From Poseidonia sp. (GTDB lineage: Archaea > Thermoplasmatota > Poseidoniia > Poseidoniales > Poseidoniaceae), in contig JAURDW010000002.1 of assembly GCA_030827745.1 (NCBI GenBank), positions 1,383-65,382 of the forward strand: a DNA stretch of 64,000 nucleotides. The letters run 5' to 3'. Each line of letters starts with the position of its first letter. Position 1 is the stretch's first letter. Under the pieces are notes generated by a model. That model was not told where the DNA came from. It worked only from the letters and a program-made list of their open reading frames with translations, and did not search any database. Positions 52,480-64,000 of the stretch are shown here, in pieces. The translations under genes and the position numbers were made by a program.

Positions 52480-53013
52480 TCGAGCGTCAACGCGGTCCAC
52501 GCGTTCGTCCAAGGCTTTGATTTCGCTTTGAACGTTGGACAGGCCGGCGCTTTCCAAATTTCTCTGGACGGACAGTTGCATCCGCTTGATTTCATTGGTG
52601 CGCTGCACCTTGTCTTTGGGTCGATTCACCGCTCCTCGCATGCTCATCAACCACTCCTCAAGCAACGCTGCCCCCCATTCGGGGACCCTCAATTCACTTG
52701 ACAACAGGATGGATTGGCGGCGATGTTGGAAGCGTGTTTTTCCTTCCATGGTGCGGAGGCCTTGGATGGAGCCGGGGTTCCACGTTTCAAGAGGAATGTG
52801 AAGGTGTTGCTGAATGCTGAGGCGGCCGTTGGCGCCGAGGGTGAAGTCGGCGATGAGGACGCTTGCGGACAAACGAAGGAAAACCTGGACGATGTCGTCG
52901 TGAACCGCCCAATCCGAGATCCGCACGGGACGTTCGCCCCAGGTGACGTCGCACCATGCTTCAATGGCCGAATGATGCGTTTGCATGGTGCCGAAGAGGC
53001 GTCCACCCATCAT
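52468..53013 (-). CDS. Hypothetical protein with a C-terminal coiled coil
   Basis: ATGATG at 53013 is preceded by AGGAGG (10-nt spacing). No motif recognised. Confidence 0.45.
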   Translation of the reverse strand: MMGGRLFGTMQTHHSAIEAWCDVTWGERPVRISDWAVHDDIVQVFLRLSASVLIADFTLGANGRLSIQQHLHIPLETWNPGSIQGLRTMEGKTRFQHRRQSILLSSELRVPEWGAALLEEWLMSMRGAVNRPKDKVQRTNEIKRMQLSVQRNLESAGLSNVQSEIKALDERVDRVDARLAN

Positions 53014-53083
53014 CAAGGTTTGTCCTCCTGAGTGGTATGGCGGCGATATCAACGTTCAAGGCAGAACAGGTCGTCGGTGAGAC

Positions 53084-54541
53084 ATGGTGGGCACTTGGGG
53101 TTCGGTTCAGGCCGACTGGACCTTCCTGTTCGCTCTCCTCATCGGCTGGTACGTTTTGATTCGCACATGGGAACGAAACGGAACCCTTGACCGCTGGAAC
53201 GCAACCCGGGCGCTGGGCATCGTGCTTATGGTCCGCACACAGCGCGGTCAACGTCTCCTCGACCGTCTGGCGAGGCCACGAAAATTCTGGCGGGCCTACG
53301 GGGAAGTTTCCCTTTGGGTGTGTTCGCTGGCCATGCTCGCTGTCGCCCTGGTTGTTCTGCTCGCTTTCGTGACCTCGGTGCTCAATCCTCCCACCGCAAC
53401 CCCCCCTTCAGCGAGTGAGTTGGTGGCTGTTCCGGGCTTGAATCCCGTGATTCCGCTCGGCTGGGGTGCTCTGGCCTTCGTCGTTTCGTTGGTGATTCAC
53501 GAATTCGGGCACGGACTGCTTGCCCGAGGCCACGGTATGCGGGTGCGCTCCTTCGGTTTGCTCCAACTTGGCCCCCTCCCTCTTGGTGCATTCGCTGAAC
53601 CGCAGGCAGAGGAATTGATGCGAGCCCCTCGGCGAGAACGGTTGCGCATGTTTGCAGCTGGGCCCGCAACCAACCTCTTTGCAGCCTTTGTGATGTTGCT
53701 CCTGTTGGGAGGCGTGGCGGGCCAGGTTACGGCGAAGGAAAATTACCTCCACGTGCAAGGCATCGTCGTAGGCGAGGGCGCAGAACAGGCCGGCATGGAA
53801 CCTTGGGACACCTTGGTGTCTATTGACGGTGAACCCATTCACAACAGCGCCGACTTCCGTTCCGTCCTTTTGGGGTACAGTGCCAACGATACAGTTGACC
53901 TCGTGGTCTTGCGGCAAGACGGTGAGCGAGCGACCCTAACGGCGACATTGAGCGACAAACACGCCTACTACAAAGCCCTTGGATGGGACGATGATGTGCT
54001 GGAAAACCTTGAAATTTTGCCGGGAGATCCGTTTTTAGGCGTGGAGGGCCTTTCGGAAGGCACCGCCGGCATTGACCGCCTCGCAGGCCCCTTCTCCCCC
54101 CGTTGGGACGGTACGCTCTTGCAACGCGTGCTCATGCTTCCCATTCACATTTTGAACATCCTCATCGTTCCGTTTGAACTCAACGGGGTGGCCATTCACC
54201 CCTTCGAGGAAGCCCTGCTGACAGCCAGCGACGGCGTCGTAGGGTCCGTCGTCGGCACCGAGGGGCTGCTCTTCTTAGCCAACCTCTTTTTCTGGCTGAT
54301 GTGGGTCAACATCCTCTTGGGTTTCACCAACCTCATCCCGATGGTGCCCTTTGACGGCGGCCACATGTTGCGCGACATGTTGCACAGTTTCCTGAGCGGC
54401 ATCAAACGTGTCGGTCGCAAATTGAAACTTTGGGACTTGCACCCGATGTGGGTGGACCACCTCTCCTCCAAGGCGTCCAGTTACTCGTCTTTGCTTCTTC
54501 TCGTGATGCTGGTCTTCACGATGGTGGCCCCGTATTTGTGA
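53084..54541 (+). CDS. Site-2 protease (M50 family) with a PDZ domain
   Basis: HEFGHGLLARGHG (HExxH), a PDZ-like segment (GIVVGEGAEQAGMEPWDTLVSIDGEPI), and NLIPMVPFDGGHML. Confidence 0.9.
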   Translation: MVGTWGSVQADWTFLFALLIGWYVLIRTWERNGTLDRWNATRALGIVLMVRTQRGQRLLDRLARPRKFWRAYGEVSLWVCSLAMLAVALVVLLAFVTSVLNPPTATPPSASELVAVPGLNPVIPLGWGALAFVVSLVIHEFGHGLLARGHGMRVRSFGLLQLGPLPLGAFAEPQAEELMRAPRRERLRMFAAGPATNLFAAFVMLLLLGGVAGQVTAKENYLHVQGIVVGEGAEQAGMEPWDTLVSIDGEPIHNSADFRSVLLGYSANDTVDLVVLRQDGERATLTATLSDKHAYYKALGWDDDVLENLEILPGDPFLGVEGLSEGTAGIDRLAGPFSPRWDGTLLQRVLMLPIHILNILIVPFELNGVAIHPFEEALLTASDGVVGSVVGTEGLLFLANLFFWLMWVNILLGFTNLIPMVPFDGGHMLRDMLHSFLSGIKRVGRKLKLWDLHPMWVDHLSSKASSYSSLLLLVMLVFTMVAPYL

Positions 54542-55184
54542 GGCCCATCGCATCGGAACGACGACGGTCAAGTTCTGCAAGAACATCCTCTGCGCTTTGT
54601 TCACTTCGGTAGGCCGTTTCAGCGTGACGTTGAGCGCGTTGTTTGAGCAACGTGTTTTGTTCTTTTTGCCCCTCCATGGAGCACATTAAACCGATGAATT
54701 GGTTCAGTGGCATGCCCTGTTCCCAATCGAGAAAGGGTGAACCGTTCCTGTTCAAGGGCAGCGCTGGAATTTTTGGAGCAAGGCGACGGAGGATGCCTCT
54801 TAGGCCTTCGGTTTCAACGCGAAATAGGCGCCAAGAGTCGCCGCGCACGCCTTTTCTTCGATGGGCGTAAAGCGGCATTAAGCCGCTGCGTTCTCCCTCA
54901 CGGACCATCGCTTCCAACTGGTCCTTGGTTCGGCCGGAAAAATACAATTTTTCGGCCTTTGTGGTTTTGACTTCAATGGGAAAGGAGCAATCTCCTCGCA
55001 GGGCCACCAAATCCCCGCTCCCTTCCATTCCCGATCCGGCAGCCCGAACCACCAGAAAGGGGCGTTCAAGTATCCGTCGCATGCGTCGTCGCTCGGCATC
55101 GTCGCAACTTTTGATGACGGCCTCAACGCCTTTCTTGGTCCCAGCGAGCACCTCCCGCAGTTCCCTTTCGTAGGCGCTTGTCAT
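54516..55184 (-). CDS. hjc: Hjc-like PD-(D/E)XK nuclease (Holliday junction resolvase family) with a C-terminal extension
   Basis: SAYERELREVL..., VVRAAGSG...GDLVALRGDCSFPIEVKTT (D...E-x-K), and LYFSGRTKDQLEAM. Confidence 0.6.
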   Translation of the reverse strand: MTSAYERELREVLAGTKKGVEAVIKSCDDAERRRMRRILERPFLVVRAAGSGMEGSGDLVALRGDCSFPIEVKTTKAEKLYFSGRTKDQLEAMVREGERSGLMPLYAHRRKGVRGDSWRLFRVETEGLRGILRRLAPKIPALPLNRNGSPFLDWEQGMPLNQFIGLMCSMEGQKEQNTLLKQRAQRHAETAYRSEQSAEDVLAELDRRRSDAMGLTNTGPPS

Positions 55185-55275
55185 GGAGCGCCATCGATGT
55201 CCATCGTTCTTGATAACTTCGGTTCACACCCCCTCCCCTCCGACAGGTTCCGTGTGTTGGTGAGCGAAGCGGACC

Positions 55276-55285
55276 GATAGATTAG
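55276..55285 (+). promoter_or_regulatory. Candidate TATA element for the 55311 gene
   Basis: GATAGATTAG is centred about 30 nt upstream of the GTG start at 55311. Confidence 0.3.
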
Positions 55286-55310
55286 AACGGGGCCCAAGCA
55301 GGGAAACATC

Positions 55311-56060
55311 GTGGAGCGCGCATACGTCCGCACCGAGGATTTCCGTCTAGCACACCGGTTGCTCAAGGCCTTGGAGGCCCACAGTATCCCCGTTTCAATG
55401 CTCTCCATCAACGATGCGTTGCCCGAACCCAAGGCCTGGTGGTTCGGTTCGCCAGAAGAGGTCGAGCGCCTTGGTGGAAAGGGCGTCCCCGTCTCGCACG
55501 AAAACACCACCGAGCAGGTCTTGGTCTGGACGATGACACGTGCTCAACCCGCCCCCCCAAAACTCCTCCTGTTCGGTCTAGACCCGGGCCCGCGTCCCGG
55601 TTGTGCGTGTTTTGCCGACGGGACGGTCTTGGGAAAAACCGTCGAGGAAGATTTCCCCTCTTTGTTTGGTTTCATGGCTCGCATGGTTGAGGTCATGGCC
55701 CCTGGAGGCGTGTTGGTTCGGGTGGGTCACGGCTCGCCGACCCATCGCGACCGCCTCATCAACGAAGCCATTGGCAGAGGCTACCGCGTTGAGGAAGTCA
55801 ACGAGTACCGAACGAGTGCTGGAACGCCTCGTCACGCCCACGGGGCTTCGGCGGTGAAAATCGGCCGCTTGGCCGGCACGCCGGTTCATGAACAACGGAA
55901 CCACGCACCCTCCCAAGGTGAACTCCGGAATTTACAGCGCATCAGCCGGCAACGCTCCAAAGGCAGCCTCACCATCTCCATCGAGGCGGCGCGCAGGGTG
56001 AGCCAAGGTGAGTTGACCCTTGAGGAAGCGCTGAACGAAGCCGGCTACGACGCTTCTTGA
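55311..56060 (+). CDS. Hypothetical protein, possible RNase H-fold (RuvC/YqgF-like) nuclease
   Basis: LLLFGLDPGPRPGCACF resembles the GIDPG first-strand motif. A later acidic block is RVEEVNEYRTS. GTG start. The assignment is weak. Confidence 0.4.
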   Translation: MERAYVRTEDFRLAHRLLKALEAHSIPVSMLSINDALPEPKAWWFGSPEEVERLGGKGVPVSHENTTEQVLVWTMTRAQPAPPKLLLFGLDPGPRPGCACFADGTVLGKTVEEDFPSLFGFMARMVEVMAPGGVLVRVGHGSPTHRDRLINEAIGRGYRVEEVNEYRTSAGTPRHAHGASAVKIGRLAGTPVHEQRNHAPSQGELRNLQRISRQRSKGSLTISIEAARRVSQGELTLEEALNEAGYDAS

Positions 56061-57043
56061 ATCGAGCCTTCCACGCCTTCCCAGCGGGGTTCCTTGTGTT
56101 GGAGGTCGGGAGAGGAAGCAATCCACTTCCGAAAGACGCTGTCGCTGATTTGAGGGGCAGCAAACACCGTCGCAAGAAGGATAATCAGCGCCATGAACGA
56201 CGACGAAGGCACGTCGCCGGTACCGTAGGAATTCGGGCCACCAGCCATCAGCTTCACGGTTCCAAGCCATGGGATTTCACCGCCGGCAACGCCCAAAACC
56301 CACGCATCTCGAATTGGACCCACCACGCCCGACGGGCTGTGCACGCCGGCAGAACCGTTGGTGGCCCCGCTGCCTTGGTCAACCGAGCATTTGTTGTTGT
56401 CGCCAAGTGTCAAAATACCCTCGTGAGAGGGTTGCCATTGCCACACCACAAGGTGGGCTTCAACCCCTGCATGAGCTGGACGTTTGCAGTCGTAGTATCC
56501 CGCAACGGTGCCGTCAAAGATCACGGTGATGTTTTCGACGTCCCGAACGCTCGTCCCGGGCACCGACCACGTGAGGATGCAGGTTCCGGCAAGGCCGTCC
56601 TCTCCCCTTTTTTGAGCGTCGAAGGTTCCGCCAGCCGGGCACGGGTCGCTGCCTTGCCGGTCCGGCGGCGCGGTTTGTTCGGCCACGGCGCGTAAAATGG
56701 CTCGGTGAATGATGGGCGTGCCACCCTCGCCGTTCTTGTCGTAGATGATCACGTCGCCTGCCAGGCCGTGCTGTTCGTAACCGTACGCTGGATGGAAGGC
56801 ATCGGTTGCCTCCGCATAGGTCACGATTGTGCTCGCCGGTTGGTCATGGACGAGGATGAGGTCGCCCGCATCGATGCTCCCGACTTCGCCGTTTTCATCG
56901 TGCACCATCGAGGCGGATTCAACGACCACCAGCGGGGGCATCGAGCCGGTATGAATCACCATGGCCCCAATCAAACAAGCGATCATGCCGATGGCGAGCC
57001 CAATTTCCAACGTCAAGGACTTGAGTGGGTGAGGGCGGGTCAT
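56045..57043 (-). CDS. Signal peptidase I, archaeal/eukaryal Sec11 type (S26B), with an enlarged exported domain
   Basis: N-terminal TM, VVVESASMVH (catalytic Ser box), GDLILVH, TPIIHRAI, LTLGDNNKCSVDQ, and a C-terminal TM. ATG at 57043; the track uses TTG at 57061. Confidence 0.8.
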   Translation of the reverse strand: MTRPHPLKSLTLEIGLAIGMIACLIGAMVIHTGSMPPLVVVESASMVHDENGEVGSIDAGDLILVHDQPASTIVTYAEATDAFHPAYGYEQHGLAGDVIIYDKNGEGGTPIIHRAILRAVAEQTAPPDRQGSDPCPAGGTFDAQKRGEDGLAGTCILTWSVPGTSVRDVENITVIFDGTVAGYYDCKRPAHAGVEAHLVVWQWQPSHEGILTLGDNNKCSVDQGSGATNGSAGVHSPSGVVGPIRDAWVLGVAGGEIPWLGTVKLMAGGPNSYGTGDVPSSSFMALIILLATVFAAPQISDSVFRKWIASSPDLQHKEPRWEGVEGSIQEAS

Positions 57044-57057
57044 GGGGTGGCCTCGGT

Positions 57058-57459
57058 TCAACGTCGGAGGCCTTTGCTATCAAGGAATGCGTTCCAGCGT
57101 TCCAAATGCCCGGCTCCGAGGGCTTCGGCGGCCAGGGCGCCGTCGGCCTTGCGCCGGCGCAACTCGGAGGTGGATTGGATTTCCATCAACTCATCGAGCG
57201 TGGCGACATGGCCTTTGAACCGAAGAAACTCTGGAAAGGCCACCAAGAACACAATGAGCGTGAGCACAGTGCTCACAATCGCCGCGCCGGTGAATTGTTG
57301 CCAGTCTGGGTGGTCCTGAAGGAACATCAACTGGTAGGCGGAAAGGACGAGCAGCACTCCACTTGCTCCCGATGCAATGGCGGTGATGGCGAATTGCCGT
57401 CCGTGCTGATTTCCCCACCACCGGCCGAAGAAAGATGTCGTTTCACTCACGGCGCTCAC
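57058..57459 (-). CDS. Hypothetical small membrane protein
   Basis: Two hydrophobic helices (FAITAIASGASGVLLVLSAY and AAIVSTVLTLIVFLVAF). Lies immediately upstream of, and co-oriented with, the signal peptidase gene. Confidence 0.5.
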   Translation of the reverse strand: MSAVSETTSFFGRWWGNQHGRQFAITAIASGASGVLLVLSAYQLMFLQDHPDWQQFTGAAIVSTVLTLIVFLVAFPEFLRFKGHVATLDELMEIQSTSELRRRKADGALAAEALGAGHLERWNAFLDSKGLRR

Positions 57460-57590
57460 CGACTCAAGCCATGGCCGAATCCGTCTTCAATGCTCGCATT
57501 TTGAAGCACGGTGCAATTCGCACGGCTTCGTCCGGAGAGGGCATCATTCAAATGGGATGTGGACGCTCGTATACTTAACGGGTGGCTGAC

Positions 57591-62681
<5,091 letters not shown>

Positions 62682-62757
62682 CGTTTGAGCCCCTCGCCGA
62701 CGAAAGCCAAACGCTCAAATGCGGTGGGTTTAGCCCTTCCAAAAGGGAGGGGAGAGT

Positions 62758-64000
62758 ATGTCGCGCGTCTTTTCCCAACTTCACCCTTTGCTGGCTGCCG
62801 CCCTCGAAGACAAAGGGTGGAAGGCCACGCCGGTTCAGGAAAACGTGTTGCCCGAACTCGTTGAGGGAAGCGACCACCTCGTCGTTGCTCCCACCGGTTC
62901 AGGCAAAACCATGGCGGGGATTCTCCCCCTCTTTCATCGGTGCTTGGATGGGGCATGGCCCTCGCTGTCGATTCTGTACATCACGCCGCTAAGAGCCCTC
63001 AACCGAGACGTTGACCGAAGGCTGCGGGAACTCGCATCGGCCGTTGGTTTGACGGTTGATGTGCGTCATGGCGACACCTCGCAAGCGCAACGAGCGAAAC
63101 AAACACGCCGTCCGCCCAACCTGCTCGTCACCACACCCGAAACTTTCCAGTTGATGTTCACGGGCAAGAATTTGCGAGCCATGTTGAGCACCGTGCAGGC
63201 CGTCGTTATCGATGAAGTGCACGATCTGGCAGCGTCGGAACGTGGATGGCAACTCAGCGTGGGCTTGGCCCGTCTGGAGGCGTTGACCGGCCGTCCCGTC
63301 CAGCGGTTGGGGTTATCGGCCACGGTGGGCAATCCCGACGGTGTTGCCGCTTGGCTTTCGCCTCGTGGAGCGACCTCGCTCATCACGACGGGGGACCGGA
63401 AAACGGAACTCAGCGTTGAATCGCCGATGGCCCTTCCGGAAGATGAAATCGCCTATGCAGAGATGGCGCTTCCCTCTCCAAAACAGCACGCAGCGTACCG
63501 CCACTTGTGCGAGTTGCTGCGCACCGAAGCGCCATGCCTGCTGTTCGTTAACAGCCGAAGCGAAGCAGAAACACTCACGACACGCCTCCAAGCCATGGCC
63601 CCCGACCTCAATTTTGGCGTTCATCACGGCTCGCTTGCGGCTGAAACCCGACAACAAATGGAGGACGACCTTCGCAACGGCACGTTGGCCGGTTTGGTCT
63701 GCACGTCAAGCCTTGAACTCGGCATCGATGTCGGCAGCATTCGCCGCATTATCCAGTTGCATTCCCCAAAATCCGTTGACCGCATGCTCCAGCGTGTGGG
63801 ACGGGCTGACCATCGTTTGGGGGGTGTGGGGCGAGGGCACGTCGTCACTTGGGACGTGGATCACCTGTTGGAGTCGGCCGTCGTCGCACGGCGGGCGATG
63901 GTGGGTGAGATTGAACCGGTCCGGTGGCGGCAACGGCCCTACACCATCGCCGCCAACCAGTTGGTGTTGATGGTTCACGCCTTCAAAGCCGTGAGCATCG
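62758..64000 (+). CDS. lhr: Lhr-family (COG1201) DEAD/DEAH-box helicase, 3' partial
   Basis: Absent from the ORF track because it runs off the window edge. My translation from ATG 62758 (GGAGG upstream): MSRVFSQLHPLLAAALEDKGWKATPVQE...VVAPTGSGKTMAG...ILYITPLRALNRD...VRHGDTSQAQR...LLVTTPETF...VVIDEVHDL...GLSATVGNP...LVCTSSLELGIDVG...LQRVGRADH. Confidence 0.85.
   Translation, partial: MSRVFSQLHPLLAAALEDKGWKATPVQENVLPELVEGSDHLVVAPTGSGKTMAGILPLFHRCLDGAWPSLSILYITPLRALNRDVDRRLRELASAVGLTVDVRHGDTSQAQRAKQTRRPPNLLVTTPETFQLMFTGKNLRAMLSTVQAVVIDEVHDLAASERGWQLSVGLARLEALTGRPVQRLGLSATVGNPDGVAAWLSPRGATSLITTGDRKTELSVESPMALPEDEIAYAEMALPSPKQHAAYRHLCELLRTEAPCLLFVNSRSEAETLTTRLQAMAPDLNFGVHHGSLAAETRQQMEDDLRNGTLAGLVCTSSLELGIDVGSIRRIIQLHSPKSVDRMLQRVGRADHRLGGVGRGHVVTWDVDHLLESAVVARRAMVGEIEPVRWRQRPYTIAANQLVLMVHAFKAVSI

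Noticed and set aside
57568-57577. CGTATACTTA as the TATA box of the giant surface protein gene
   Set aside because: It is only 10-20 nt from the candidate start codons (GTG 57582 / ATG 57591), too close for the usual ~26-nt TATA-to-TSS spacing. The promoter is left unassigned.

Overview
GC-rich, very compact archaeal chromosome segment. All assignments come from reading the translated ORFs and recalling family motifs; no database, HMM or structure search was run. Archaeal core markers: DNA polymerase D large subunit, primase PriL, the S13-S4-S11-RpoD operon, Sec61-beta, chromatin protein MC1, an archaeal-type signal peptidase, pantoate kinase, MptE, an Hjc-like nuclease and an Lhr helicase. 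The combination of PolD, MC1, an aerobic oxidase and giant acidic surface proteins suggests a marine Thermoplasmatota / Poseidoniales (MG-II)-like organism; this is inference only. Several genes look bacterial in type: LeuRS, fused RibD, a GPT2/SCT1-like acyltransferase and a DAG-kinase-fold lipid kinase. The minus strand carries a tight coxB-coxA-coxC-coxD-sco-tRNA-Ser string in which every oxidase component has an unusual insertion or fusion. Three very large secreted, membrane-anchored proteins are present (SBBP + TSP3 repeats; PA14 + LamG; CARDB + poly-Asp tail). I found no CRISPR array, transposase, rRNA, toxin-antitoxin pair or recognisable defence island, and no clearly self-contained novel multi-gene system. 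The best candidates for follow-up are the accreted cox/sco operon, an archaeal homologue of the eukaryotic CDIN1 (C15orf41) nuclease, an HhH/K-A-rich + XerA + MC1 chromatin neighbourhood, the bacterial-type lipid genes, a divergent Hjc-like / RNase-H-like nuclease pair, and a membrane-tethered double winged-helix protein. Many long ORFs in the six-frame track are antisense or alternate-frame artefacts of high GC. One real gene, the Lhr helicase running off the 3' edge, is missing from the track.
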